From assembly GCF_006345805.1 (NCBI RefSeq), contig NC_043001.1, forward strand, positions 90,768,001 through 90,832,000: 64,000 nt of DNA. The letters are read 5' to 3'. The DNA comes from Octopus sinensis (Eukaryota). Below are positions 10,423 through 25,272 of the stretch, piece by piece (within the stretch, counting starts at the first letter, position 1; each line of letters begins with the position of its first letter). The translations under genes and the position numbers were made by a program. Below the pieces are notes generated by a model. The model was not told the origin of the DNA and searched no databases. It saw only the letters and a list, made by a program, of their open reading frames with translations.

Positions 10423-13400
10423 CTTACTATATACATTTGTGAATTATGTTCTTTTACCAGTAAAGTATTTTCGCTTTGTAATCTATGTCAGTCTATTACA
10501 ATGTTTTTCTTCCAGGATACATAACACTGGCTACCCGTGATATGCACTGTAGTGAAGAAAGAAATTTAATCCAATTTCATTCATGATTTGTATCAATTTA
10601 AATGGGTTTTTTTTTAACTAATGAAGTCAATAGACATGGACATCTTTTGACCGATATCTCTTATGATAAAAGTCAAACAACTGATTCCTGTGTCTATGCG
10701 TGCAGGTATCTATATAAAAACTGATTAAACCAGCTGTTGTTGTAAAGATGCAAATGATCTCTTGGTCTGTCTTGTAAGTATAACGCAGGTGTCAGGCCAA
10801 TCAGAGCGATGGTCAAATTGTGCTGTCTCAGTATATGCTGGAGCCTGTTAAGTTGTAAAGATAATTTAGCTGAAGATCACGAGTTAAATCTATATCCCTC
10901 GGATACAATTTGACTCCGATTCTATGTGATACAGATCAGATCCGTGGTCTTCTAAATGACGAATCCAATCTAAAAGGCTCTAGTTTATACACGAAGCATC
11001 GCACTTTTCAATGGATCATTTGAGGAAAGGACGACATAATCGTTAATTACTTGTGCTCTATCGACCAAATAGCGAACCACCGTGAGTGTCAGCCCATAGT
11101 ATTCAATGTTACACAGACACGCATGCAACAGTTGATAAAATCTGAAAACTCGAACTAACAATGTGCCCTAACCCTTGTTTCTTCGCTAATGATTTTCAAT
11201 GGTTGTAAAACGACGAACGCAATTAGTAAATGAGCTCTATATAGTCTGCATAAAACAAGATTTTATATTTTCTACATTTTTCTAATCGGTTCCTTGAACT
11301 ATTTCAAAAAGCATCTTTATCTATGACGTAATTTACATAGAGAAACTTCGAACTAGACACACAAAAAGTTAATGAAGCATATTCGGTATTCATGGACTGC
11401 ATCTCTTCATATTTGTAGCATGGCTGACTGATTTAGTGGAGACAAGCAAGAGTTCATTGATGAGATATTATCTTTTAGTCCTTACAGTCCCTATTAACAA
11501 TAACTTATTTAAAAATATTGCTGGTCATGACTTATCCACACAATAAGCTTATTTATTTTTCTTTGGATAATAAACTATTAAAGAGGTGGGGGCGAATTTG
11601 GTTTTGATATTGATAACAAAAATAAAAAGAGCAAACTATCAAATTTTTGTGTAAACATAGAGATTGGACATTGAAACTATATTATCACTGAATTTTGTAC
11701 AACACTTTATAATCAACCTACCAAATCCTTATCGATTAATCGGTTGCAAAATTCGTTAATCTAAATGTCTATTTTCAGAGCTTAGGTAGTAAGATTATAT
11801 AATTTCTAAAGAGTTGTTGTTTCAGTGGATCGAAATTGACGTAATAGAGGTTGAATTCGATGGAATTGGGGGAGACCACCTCCACTTCGGTCAAGAATAA
11901 TGATGACAAATGTTTTAAAAACAAAATAACTGAAGTTTCTAGCACGTTTTAGATATTCGTGTCGATCCCAAAAATCATTTGCGAAATAAAACTCTAACGG
12001 AAACTGACTTTAATGACTACTATATCATGCACATGAAAAATTACGTAATTAAGATTTTAGCAATGACAGCAATCCCACCTGAAATATATGGGGATAGAGG
12101 TAGTGTGAATTTTTGCAGATTTCGAGAGAATTAACTAAGCTTAAGTCGAAAATAGTTCTAAGTGGGAAATGAAACTGCTATACAATTTAACAAACATATG
12201 CTTTCTGCATCGATATATTTTTAATTCTTTTATTTATAAGTTTAGTCCTGGTCCACCAGTTGGTCCATATCCATTTGAACACATTAAAAATTCAAAGGGG
12301 TTTCTGCTTTCAGTTACTAAAGTCATTATTTCAGATTAAGAAGGGTAGTTTGTTAAAACCATCTATTTTTATAAAAAAAAAAGAAAAGGTTTTTTTATCT
12401 GAAATAAATCTCGCCATTAAGCGTGAGGTAAGCTTCCGGATTGAGCCCGCGAACCGGTTTCGATTCTTAGTGTAAGTTAATTTACTTTACGAAAAACGCT
12501 AATATTCTTGTGAACACCATGTCTTGTTATTTTCATTTTCAAATTTATAGCTTCAAAATCTTAAAAGTAAATTAATTGCCCAAGTCTATGGTAACTGTCA
12601 TGTAAGAAAGGTAAGCTACCGGCGAGTGGAGACGGTGTCGCGGTTTCGATTTAAGGTTATTATTATACGAGAAAGAATCACAATTTCACTTCACATTATA
12701 AATAAGAATCGCTGACCATGGTATAATAGCGATATTTCTAGTTTTCCAACACACCTACGAAACTGTGTTAGTTTCCTATTTCAAAGTAATTTTAAAAAGC
12801 AAATATATCAAATGTCCCTCGTTTCTCAACTGTTTTCGTAAAATCTGTTATAATACATGTTATATATATTGCTGTTTTTCTTACTAAATTTTAGGCATCC
12901 TCACTTAAACGAAAAACTACTAAATCTAAGTATTTTTAGGTGGGAGCATATGAGAGTAAAAATTATGACAAAAATAAACGATTCATAAAGAATTTATCAT
13001 CATTAGATATTCGAAAGTTTGCATAACAGAGTTTGTGTTTTTTATGCGTATATTCGTACCAATAATAGATTGTATGGCTAAACTTTGTACAGAATATTTA
13101 AGAGACACGTAAAAATTTATTTAACATATTCAAACACTTGATAAGTTAAACACGAATATTCCTACGTAACATGATGGCTTTGGCAATTTAAAAATGACGT
13201 CATCTCTTATTAGCATAAAGTCATAAATTTAGTCTCTACATCAACTTCGTTAATTTCATAGTCATTAAGATGATAAAGTAGTTTGTTGCAACTCCCCTAT
13301 AATGTAGCTTTGTCGAATAATATCTTTAAATAATATTGCACTGCAACAGAAAAAATTTTTAATGCGGTGAAGAAAGTGAGAAAAAAAAATAATCCAGTCA

Positions 13401-13626
13401 TTCATTAACATAGCAATAAGTACTCTCGTACACAAAGTTGTTTCATTTTTAATTGATTTATGAATACCAAATATTTGTTTCAACAAAAAATAAAACTATA
13501 GTTATCAAATTATTTTTCAAAAATAATCTCTTGGTATTTTAATGAGTTAATTTTACAAAATTACTTATAGCAAAATTAAATCTCGTTTGTATAAAAATGC
13601 ATGGGTATGAAAAAGAATACAAGAAA

Positions 13627-13707
13627 ATGGCGACCAGTGAACAGAGTGATGAATCCTTGTACCCGATTGCTGTTTTAATTGATGAATTAAGAAATGAAGA
13701 TGTTCAG
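13627..13707 (+). CDS. PPP2R1A: PP2A-A exon 1 (MATSEQSDESLYPIAVLIDELRNEDVQ)
   Basis: aaaATGG start context, conserved SLYPIAVLIDELRNEDVQ, donor CAG|GTATAT at 13708. An upstream in-frame ATG lies at 13597. Confidence 0.95.
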
Positions 13708-15814
13708 GTATATGTTTTCCCTCATCTTTGTCAATTTTTTTATATTTACAGCAAACAACATTGTGTAATTGATCGTTGTTTTGTATGAACCGGTCACTAT
13801 TTATCGTTCCCTTTACCGCCCGTCTACTATGCCCCCTTTCCTATGATACCGTCCACAACTTGTGTGTCCTCTTTTAATACTTCGAAATTCATCTTTTACT
13901 TTCACTCCATCGAACCAATTTAGCATTTAATTTTATTTAGATAATATATTAAATCACGAAATCGTTCCGATATGTAGTTTTATTCAGTACCATGGAGGAT
14001 TACATGACTTCATATGTATGTGTGTATACATATGTATGTAGTATGTATGTATATTGATGTAGGTATTTCCCGTGACGATAGTTACTAATAGCTTTCAATT
14101 TTTCCTGTTCTCATCCCATAAACTAATTTAATTTCTAGTTATAATTTTATTGCCTTACTCTGACCCTATTATGACTAATGTTGATTAAAAGTAAGACATT
14201 TGGAGGGGCCTTCTTCAACGTAGATTATAATTTTAAGTAAGATTAGTTGGAATATGGCAACTTATTTTTTTTACTTTCTGTTTAACTACTCGTATAAAAT
14301 ATCGAAGAACAGTTCATAAATACAACGGTTCTCTCTCTTTTTGTTGTATCCTTTGACTATCATACCTTCATTTAACTAACAGGTCGTCTGTTTTTATTTC
14401 CAAATTTTTAATTCCACTTTTCACTTACGGTTCATCAAAGAGTAAAAGTGTCAAATTCCTATCACTATTACGGTATATTTTATTAACCGATGTATATGTT
14501 TGTTAGATAACGTCATTGCCAGACTTTCTGAAAAAATTGAGTTTTAATAACAGAATTCGGAGCGAAATGATGTACAAATTTCGTTAGATTATTTTTGTTA
14601 CTGCCGTTTTTACCCTCCTTTTTTTACCGAATGAAATATTTACAAACTCGTTGTTACGCACATATTTTGGAATATAATAATAATGGCCTTTCTATAGGTT
14701 ATCTTTAAAAACTTTATTATTATTTTAAAGCGGGGGGGGGGCCTTGTAAGAATTCTTTGGCTGGAATTCTAAAATGTTAATCTAACTCCAACTAGGCCGT
14801 TGTAATATTAAGAATGGATATGATATACTATTTCTTTTTTGCTGCTTTTTTTTTATGAAAATGCTTCGAAGGAAGACGAACTACGTCTTGGTCACATCCA
14901 GCTCACATTAATCAATATCTTATGACTTTCTCATTAAGTCACTCTATTTTATGGTTTGCACTACCTCTTAATTTCTAAATGATATTTTAAGGCGTCATTT
15001 TCTATTAAAGTTTATCACGTCATTTAATGCTAAGTCAGAACGCTTTTTTTTTATCGTATGTGGTATGTGTGTACATGAAGAATTTCAGTATTTTTGTCTA
15101 AATTAGTTATGGCTTTTGCTAATGCTACTGCTATCGTTGTCATTTTATTAAAGATGCAACAGTGTAGTTGTATGGTCCCTGTGAACGAAATCTCCAACCC
15201 GGTTTCAAATTTTGTTTGGAGCCATTCCACATCATTAACTCAATTTCACATTTTGGGGTTTAATTTGAATTGTAGAGTTCAAGTTTGAAAGAAAAGGGGG
15301 AGTAGGAAGATTTCTTTCATATCTATTTAGTTTCGAATCGTAGGAAAATTAATATTCTGTAAGATATACCTGAAATCTCAAATTTTGGAATGCTAATTCT
15401 ACAGTCCCGGCGACGCATCTAAAATGCTACAATCAATTCGCAACGAAAGAGGTTTAATAAATGGCTTGTTTTTTTTTTTTTTTACAACGCTAAATTTTCA
15501 GTATTACTGAATTTAGTGTTTATTTTTCAAACTTGATAAGTTTTGTGGTCCTTTGTAAGTATTTGTCCGCTATCTTAGTAAATGTTTAGTATCTGTCAAA
15601 AGATACTTCCGTTTTCATTTCAATTATGTCAGCTGAACTAGTTTCCATTCTTATTCTTTTTCTGAATGACCCAGCCTTTTTTTTTTTCCCCGACTATTAA
15701 TCTTTAAAAGATTATTTCGGTTTCTGATTTGTAATTGTGTATTCTAGCTTGTCAAAACTATTTGTACTTTCAATTTAAGCCATACACACACACACACACA
15801 CACACATATATAGT

Positions 15815-16110
15815 GTGTGTGTGTAATATATGGCAAGTGGCTTCCTATAGCCTTGTGAGTAGGTTTGTTAAAGGAAACTCGAAGAAACCTGTCGTGTGTG
15901 TGTCTCGCCTTGACATTGCACATTAGTTGTAAACGATCAGTAGTCATACTTATACAAGTGATGTTCCTTTCCAATCTTGCCGGACCCTGAAGAAAAATTA
16001 CTTTGCTTGGAAACTAGAGTCGGGGACAGGAAGGGCATCTCGTTGTAGAAAATCTTCCTCGGCGATTCCATCTGACAATGTTTGTATGGAAAAATGAACG
16101 TTAAAACGAT
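15815..16110 (+). mobile_element. Meta-like SINE with RTE-type 3' tail
   Basis: ggcaagtggcttcctatagccttgtgagtagg core; tail aggaagggcatc...gtagaaaatc...atggaaaaatgaacgttaaaacgat. Confidence 0.7.
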
Positions 16111-19039
16111 ATATTTATACACAAGCTTTTAATGATTTACTCTGTTGGTGGATGTCAAATTTTTTATAGATGACGGTTGACTCACTTGGCTCTTTTACAT
16201 GTACTCCCCCCCCCCGAAGACTTCTCACTAGTTGCTTGACAACTTTCACTTGTATTAGTGTCAGAAAAGAACACCTGGTATTTGCTATAAAGTGGTTGGC
16301 ATTAGGAAAGGCATCAAGCCCTAGAAACTGTGCCAAAGTAGTTATTACAGTTCAATGAATTCTGTCAAACTGTCTAACCCATACCAGCATTGAAGGCAAG
16401 TGTCAAATGATGTACTGAGGTTGATGATATTGGCTAAACCCCTCTCCTCAAAATTGTTGACATTGTACCTAAATTAGAAATGCTTATTACAAGGCATAAG
16501 TTTCAGCTATGTAGTATTTGTCAATGTAGTAAAAATGTTTCTCTACTGAAGTATTTGAGCAACCTTTCAATTTAAAGTTTGACTGATTTATATATAATGT
16601 CCCCCGTACTCAAATTAAATGGGAGCTGAAGAAGGAGACCAAGAAGAGCTTGGGACAATGAGTAGACTAATCTGAGGACATTACAGCTTATGCAGATGAC
16701 AAAAGACTCTTGACAGATGATTCATGGTGCTGAAGACTTGATGATGGAAGCCCCATCCAAAAATGCAAGCATGGTAATTAGAAAGTCCCAAGAATGGTGG
16801 CATTGATGTAGATTGAGAAGGTCATCATCTTAATGTCCACTTTTTCATCTCTCATGGGTTAGACGAAATTTTCTGAGGTAGACTTTTTAAGGTTGTACAT
16901 CTCACATGTTTCCAGGTAAGATGATGCTTATTTACGAGCATGTGATGACAAGGCAAAACAAATATAATGCATCAACAACACACACACATGAGTGGTTGGT
17001 GTTAGGAAGTACATACAGTTCTAAAAATCAATCCAAAAATGAAATTTGAGTGGGATGCTGTCCTGCAAACTATCTTTGACTGTGGTGGCCTGTACTAACC
17101 ATGCTAGTATGGAAAGGAGACATAAAACTGATATATAAAATTCAACCTCACCAATCTTACTCTGGAAGCCTTTATATAAAATATTACTTCCACAACAAAC
17201 AAACACTATCAAAACAGGATACTTACATTTTCAGTTATCCTTTTAAGTATATTGTCATATCCAACTTGGTAAAACTGTTCCTCAAGTTAGGGAACTTAGG
17301 AAATGGCTTGTAAATCTAGAGACATAGGCTTCTTTCTCTGTCCCCTTCACCATTTTTTCCAATTTGTGTGGGCCTTAAAATAACTTGGATCATTAACATT
17401 GACTCTGGAGTGGTATTTTTATATGCTAACGACCCACTTCTAAACTATCAAAAAGGTGCTGTAAAAGTGAGAATAGTTTTGAAGTAGGGGAAAAAAAAAA
17501 GAATTGGTGACATAAACAAGACTCCAAAACTATTTAATCAGGTACATTAGAAACTTAAGTACTGTGTATTGGTATTTGAAAAATGTTATTAAAAATCACC
17601 CTTGTAATTAGCCATTAAAATCCCCCCCCCCCCAATCTCTGTTGGATATTCTTTCTGGTGTTCCTTAATGAACTGAATATTGGTTCTTATTTCAGAGCAA
17701 CTAGTTTTAGTTTTATACTTTGTTTGCCAACATTCTTTTATACCATCATAAGATATCTCGAGTAATAAGCAATACAGCATCTTAATTTTATTAGATTAGT
17801 TTCGTTTGAAGTATATCAAATGTATCCTGGTAATTAAATTTCAATGCACTTTTACTAAATTTTTTTAGAGCAGTCTCTCAGAAATTTCAGTTAATCTTAA
17901 GCAACTTATTCTTTGATTACAGAATAAGTTGTAATTTCTTTAAAACCTTTTGGGGTCTCTTGAATTCACAAGTAGCTACTATTAGTAACAGAAAAAATTA
18001 CATAAATCTGTCACTATGCCTTTCATGTAACAATTAGAAAATATTCATTACATTTAGCTTTGCAAATTTTATGCAATTATAATTCAGTTTCAAAGGGGGT
18101 CCTTACTGCCCCCTCACAGGGTACTAAAAACCATGGCCATGGTAAACAATACAGATATTTTAAGTTCCTGTCTTCTATCATACTTTAATCTCTCAACACT
18201 TAGTATAAAGCCTCCTCTTCTATTCTCACTCAGTTGAGGAGGCTTTATAGCCTGGTATGTTGCATGGCAACTTTACTAATACTGGCACCACAAACAAAAG
18301 CACTCAATTCATTCTGTGGTTATGGTTAGGAAGGACATTCAGCCATAGTACCATGTCAAAGTAGGCTTTAGAGTACAAAGCAGTCCCCTGATGTGCTGGA
18401 CCCTGTTGAAATGTCGACCCTATACCAGCATGAAAAAGGTTTAATGCTGATTATTCACTACCTTTATATAGAATAAAAGTTGGTGGCAGTTATATCCTAG
18501 TGTTTCAGCTGGTTGTTTGACAAAAAATATTAGGAAACACTGGTCTAAACTAATTATGAAGGTTATTTTATTTTTAAAATATTTCTCCATTTAAGTATCC
18601 TTCACAGGTCATCTTTCTCCTTGATTCCTTTTTGCTCAAATTTAACAATCATTTCCATTCTGCATTACTATTATAATGGTTCAACACTTTTTCCTATATT
18701 TTTGTCACTGCTTATCAAATCCAGAAGCATGGACTTAGTAACAGATTTTCTGCAGCCCACTTATTTGCATCATATTACTAGCATTTGTTAAACTCTTCAG
18801 TTTAATTAGTTTATTTCATCTTGTGTGAATAACAAAGCTAATAAAATGGTATGCAAACCATATTGAGATTTCTGGTTTTTCTTGCATATAAAACTTAGCA
18901 CTGAAATTTTTGTAGTTATTTTTCAAAGCTTCTTTTTTTCATAAAACAACTTTGAGTTGCTGTATTGGGTAGTTGATTACTCAAATCACTGTACTAAAAG
19001 ATTTATCCATTTTTACTCTTAATATGCCTTAAAATTGCA

Positions 19040-20400
19040 AGTGATACCTTCATGCATTGCACAATTCCCAAGCTCTTCTACTGCCTAAACTGCAGCCAAA
19101 CCTAATTCCTTGTCAAAACAAATCTCCAACTTTTCCTCCACTTCCCAACAATGATGGTTGTGAGCAGCACCCCTTCAAAGGAAATTTCCACTTGTGCTGG
19201 CCAATTTGCATGCAATATTGCACTGTACACACTTGGAAAATCTCTCTTTACATTAAATCTATCTCCTTCCACCCATTGAATTCAACATTTTGCATATATG
19301 CACATTGAATATCTTGGGTGCTTCAAACCAACAAGGCCACCAGTCATGACTCTTCTTTACTATCCTTAAACTTCATTCTCCAAAGTTCACCTAATTCTGA
19401 TCTTAGTCATGAGCCTATCCCATTCCCAAGAAAGAAAGCCCTTTGATACCTGCAGTTATTGTTCTATTACACTCACTTTCAAAGTCTCATGTATTAGAGA
19501 CATCCAATTGCAACATTCTCCAACACCTTAAGTTTTGTTATTTAATACTCAATACAGCTTCCATAAAGATCCACCGAAAGCTTACTTCTCTATGTCACCC
19601 ATCACTGGGTGAAATTTGAAAGCAATTTTGTTGTTAGTATATGAATCTCTAATTGAAACCGCTTGCCCTTGGACTCCATTTGCCTCTTATCTTGGATCTC
19701 TGCAAGCATACCCCTCATCCTATCAATATAGCTGTCCCCCATGGTTTTATACTTCAGTGTTCTACTTGCCATGATATCCAACAACATCCATGTTTATGCA
19801 GACAATAGGTTTCTTCCCTAATTGTCTGTCTTAATTCCATGAACACTGAGAAGGTATGGGGACATACTAACCTTTTCTTTCAACAGCAAACACAAACATC
19901 ATATCAGGAAAGCAGCATGCAACTAAGCCCTTGCTATCTCCAAGTTTCTTTAATAGAAAAAGCACATCCTTATGTAGTTAAAGTCTGTATCAAAAAGACT
20001 GGCCCTTCTTTTCACAGTCAAAAAAATAATTCAGACCCCAGGAATTACTGACACTCTTCAAAGTTCAGACATCCTCTATTGTTCCCACATTTGGTACAGT
20101 ACTCATGTACACAAACATCATAGACTGCATCCAGAGAAAGACCTCTGGTATAAGTTCACTCTCATGCACCAGCCTCTGACCAACTGAAATGCTGTTTCTA
20201 TCTTTTCTATCACACTATATACCCCTATATATAACTCCAGCTCCTTAGACTGTGTAGTGTCATGTCACCTCTACTCAGTCACTCCCAACTTATACATTTC
20301 TCATTGTCCATGTTCTGTCCTTCTCAGAATATCAACCCTCTAGAATTCCCTTTCTTGCAAGTGTGAACTTGCAATAATTTAAGTCAAACAATAATGGCAT
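19040..20400 (+). mobile_element. Highly decayed CR1/Jockey-group LINE
   Basis: C-rich coding-like sequence with frameshifts; the 3' end (ttctcagaatatcaaccctctagaattccctt...ttgcaataatttaagtcaaac) parallels the copy at 44870-45745. Confidence 0.5.
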
Positions 20401-23400
20401 CAGTTTCACAAATGTTGGAGAGCCTGCAAAGGCTATAGTTACTGTCTTTTCTGCCATGCCCAGTAAGTATTGGAAAAAAACCCCACCCAAGCTCAATTGG
20501 TTCATGACTTGAGTGGATGGGATAAAATCTCTTGCATATGATTGTTGTAGGTAACATTTTCTGAAGTTTTATTGTCCATCAGGTGGGAATAAGTGATAAA
20601 TCTGAGGACCCTTGAATCCTGCATATACATACATGTATTTTTTTGGTGATAAGACAAAAATTGCTATTAATTGGTCCAAGTATTTATAAATATTAAGCAT
20701 TTGAATTTAGAAATAAGTGCCCAAGAGCAAGAAACTTATGGTTTTGATTTTTTTTGTTACAGATATTTACATTTGAGAAAAGCATGTGCATTGGGCTTGT
20801 GCAATCCCCTTTATTGTAAATAGTGGCTTTGTATTTAACTCCTATTTTATGGTTTTATCAGAAAAGGTCATTTTCCACCCCCATTTGACATATTTACTTA
20901 CATAGTTTGCAAATCCAAAGGTTAAATTTTACTTGCATTTTAAATATAACTGAAATAATTATAATAAATTGGAAAGCTACATAGAAAATATATTATGAAA
21001 AACTCTTCCTCAAATGGTATGTTTGATTATAAAAGTTAACCATTCATTTCTTATTGATCTCATTCGTTGCAATCTACTAGCTACAAATTATGGAAATTAC
21101 ATTTTGTTTGTAACCTCAGGTTTATCCCAGGTCAAACAGACCTGAGGTGTGTGCACAGTTGGTTGAATAACTAGCTGTGATCCATAGCTTCAGATCTACC
21201 ATATCTCCATTTAGTTGAGATTATACTGCACATTCTGATGCTGTCCACTATCCAGCTTGATTTTGTATGTCAAGATTTTTTTCTGGTATCCTCAGCTGAG
21301 GCAGGCGCAGAGAACTGTTTCTGAAAATGACTAATCATTTCATGCATTTGTGTAACATTAGCTTTTCCTGTTAGCTTTGGTAAGGTATTTCAAATTGTAT
21401 ATAGTTTGCTTTAGCAATTGTTATTCTCCAGTTCCAGATGGATGCTTTCCACATCAAAATGTAGAATAACACTTATTTTCTGCAAAGCATTAATAGCGCA
21501 GTGCAGTGTTTAATGTACTTGTATTATTATGCACTTGACTGTTCAAATTTTTTCTTATGCTGACCTTCCATGCTGCAAAATGGAAATTGTATTTTAAAAA
21601 AATATGAAGCTCTATCTCAGCTCTTTATATATTTATTTATTAATCTTAGAAAAGTTATTAAATCAAATATCAGCATAACTTAAAATCATATTGACATGAT
21701 AGTATTAACACTTCACTTGCGCACTCTTTTCATCTCCTTGACTGTTGATAGATATCCTTTCTGAGAAACTTAATGCATTTGAATAAGAATAGGTCATTTG
21801 TATACTTTGGCTATTGTCAGAAAACTAATATTGTTGGCTATTTCATATTTACCCTACAGGTTTCAATTCAAATGTCAAAACACAATGTATTTCACTGATA
21901 AGAATGTTGGGAAGAAATTGTCATTTGTTTGAATAAAGCTTTTGTTTCAAAGAGCCAATGAATAAACAAGGAATGATTAGATAATACATGATATCAGAAA
22001 CTTTCAGGATTTGAAATATAACTTTTCAAATACTTCCTTCTTTACTCTTTGATTCAGCTAGTTGAAATGGTTTAACCCTTTTGCATTTAGACCAGCCGTA
22101 TCGGACCTAAATATTCTGCTCTTAAGTTAAAACTGGCCTGGTCTGCCCTCTCATAGTCATCCTACCATGTTATTCTAAAACTAAATAATCACATTGTTGA
22201 AATATTGAAGCAACATGACAATGTATAATTAAGTCAAAACACTCATCACCATTTAGTGTTTGTTTTTCATGCTGACGTGGGTTAGACTGACAGGAACTGG
22301 CCAGCCACAATACCACACTGAGCTCCAATGTCAGCTTCGGCATGGTTTCTACAGTTTGGATGCCCTTCCAAATATCAACAATATGACTACATAAGCAATA
22401 TATTTGACACAGTAACTTCAATGCTCAATTGTTAATATGCATTTAATATAATTTTCTTTCACAGCTAATTTCGTTTTTATTCTTTTACTGAATCCAGCTA
22501 GTTTAAACTGTCATTTGTATACATCATATCTGTACTAGTAGTCTTCTCTTTTGAACACATCTGATTCCTCTTACATCATGTTTCTTCTCAGCCCATTTCT
22601 GTTCTGTTGTTTATGTACATGAAAATTGCACTTCCAATAGAAAATACATGCACATGTTTTGCTGTTCATGTTTCACTGCTATAACAATATATTTTATACA
22701 CAAACCTCATACAAACTACTTTTCATTCAGATTAATTTCTTTGTTACTAATAGAGGTAATAGCCCCATGAACTTTTAAGCCTGTTTTACTCAAGCTATTA
22801 AACATATGGAATACCACCCTCTACTGATATAAGAAACTGCCAGTCAGCTTTAGAAATGATGGAGCATCCAGTTCTAGGAACAATGCTAAAACAATTGAAC
22901 CTGGTGCAACTTGTGAAAAACTGTCCAGCCCACGCCAGCATAGAAAATATTAAATGATGATATAAATAAAACATTTAACTGAGTAACAAATGTCCTTTGG
23001 TTTACAATGTAGTTGAGTTCCATTTATCCCCAGTGGTATTTGAAATTGTGTATTTTTAACGATATCATTAGGAATGCATTCCCCTCAATTCACTCAAACA
23101 AAATTTGAACAATTATTTATTAAAATGGGAATAATACAATTTTGTGTGCATGCATGCACACACACTTTTAATACTGGGTTATATATTTCATCCAAAATAA
23201 TGGCGTAACTTTTTTTTTTCATTTACATATTGTTATTGCATATCTATGTGTTTTATAACTATTAAAAATCCAGCCATAAATTTTTTGTTTATAATAACCA
23301 TTTTCCAGAAAAATTGACAATTGAAATTTAACAATTCAATCTCAGATATTTAACAAAATATATGTAAAAAAAAAAACAATTCTAATTTGTGCTAGTTTTA

Positions 23401-24210
23401 GTGTAGCCTAGCTAGCTATAGAAGTGAAATGAAAAGCAAATGAAGGAAGGGAATACAATGAAGTGGTGTTTCTGTATGCATAAAATAATCTATTAAACAG
23501 CAAACTAAGGAACAACTGTGTTGTAGAAAGTTATGCAGATTTTTTTTTTATCTCTATGTATTGGTAAATAAGATTTTAAGAGTATAATGATTTAACTGAA
23601 ATTTTTATTTAAAATTACTAATATTTTATCAAATGAAGTCCTGCTTTGTTTGATTACTCACCTTTAACTCTTTAGCATTTAAGTTGGCGATATCTGGCCT
23701 CTCAAACCTACCCTTCAATGTTATTCTGGAAATAAACAATCATATCATTGAAATTTGAAAGCCATATGATAATGCAGGATTAATTAAAAATGATATAAAT
23801 AAGCATTACATTTGACAGGGTGAACCATTAAGGTGTTGCTTCTTGCCCAAATAGGTATTAAGTTGATATTTTTTTCTCTCTTCAGTTATTTAACAATTTT
23901 TTTCTTTTGCAGATTTTTTTTATAATAATGTTCCACTATTTGTCATATAAGGGAATGCTGTCAGGTCCCTTTGTTTTGGGATTTTTTTTAAGCCAGTCTT
24001 CTTGGAGGTCATTTTATATGTAATTAAGCTAAATTGTTGCACTAGTTGCTGGTGCAGTAAGCAGTAAATAATCCCTTTTAAGAAATCAGTCTTTTTACAA
24101 GTTATATTTGAGAAAATGGATTTTAGTACTGCTAAGCAAGACATTACTTGTCATATCTCAACTTAATTGATTTAGCCATTGAAGAGATTAGAACATCAGT
24201 GGTGACAATA

Positions 24211-25272
24211 TGAGGGTCGGCTGAAAAGGTTATAGATTGATCAAGATACCTCCAAGGAATGTGACCAAACGAGGTTTATTTTTCAACAGTGTCCCCCTTG
24301 TGGTCCACACACTCTTCCATTAGTGCTTTTACCCCATTGTTGAAGCTTTCATCCTGTTGGTCAAAAAAGTCAGCAGCAATGATGTCATTATCACAGCATT
24401 ACTGGTTCTCAGCCAAGTTTTTTTTTTCTTTATTTTTTTTTTCTTTTTGTTGTTGTTGAGGAACAGATGGGCCTGCTCAGGAGAATAGGGAGAGTGATCA
24501 ACTAGTTCAAAACCACAGCAGCCATAACTGCCTCAGCAAGTTAGCATGCTACTCTCCATTGATGGTATGGCTCTTTTGAGATAGTCAATAAGCACAATAC
24601 CATTTGTGTCCCAAAAAACTGAGGCTGTCACCTTCCCTGCAGATGAAACAACCTTCGCCTTCTTTGGAGCAATTGAGGAAAGGTGTTTTCACTTCATGAA
24701 TTGTATCTTTGTCTCTGATTCAAAGTGCTAAATCCAACACCCAGCTGGGTTAGGAAATTTTCAAGGAAACCAACTGGATCTGCCTGAAACAGATTTCCCT
24801 GTGATGTATTCATCCTGGTGCATTTTTGATCTGATGTCAGAAAACATAGCACCCACCAAGCAGAAACCCTTGTCATCAGTTCATTGTGCAGAATATTCTT
24901 AACTCTGTTGTAGGCTGTGCTAATAGCATTGGCTGTTTGATTTATAGTTAAATACCTCATCACCATGTGGTGAACACAATGTTATTCTTGGCGGCAGTTG
25001 CAAGACATCCAGATGTTGGGTCATCTTCTAAGTCGACATGTTTGTCCTTGGTTAGTTAAGCCGTTTTTCTGCAAGTACTTGATAACATAACGATGCCAGA
25101 CTTTGTCCATTTTTAAGAGAAGTTGTTACTAGTTACTTTTGAAGTATTCGTTATATAGGCAGATGTCAGTTTATCTAGAAAGAAACTGCAGTTATTAAGA
25201 AGAGTTGAAACTAATGCATGCAAAATTTTATAGCTCTAGCATGACTCCATAGAACTTTTCAGCCCATCCTTG
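24211..25272 (-). mobile_element. Decayed mariner transposon (~1.06 kb)
   Basis: TA flanks; imperfect TIRs tgagggtcggctgaaaaggtt / aacttttcagcccatccttg. Minus-strand ORF 24694..24966 has an HTH-like TINQTANAIST...ILHNEL and RVSAWWVLCFLT (degenerate WVPxxL motif). Confidence 0.85.

Noticed and set aside
9890-11140. Moderately GC-rich, coding-looking sequence
   Set aside because: The frames I tried are interrupted by stops and show no motif I recognise; possibly a decayed element, left uncalled.
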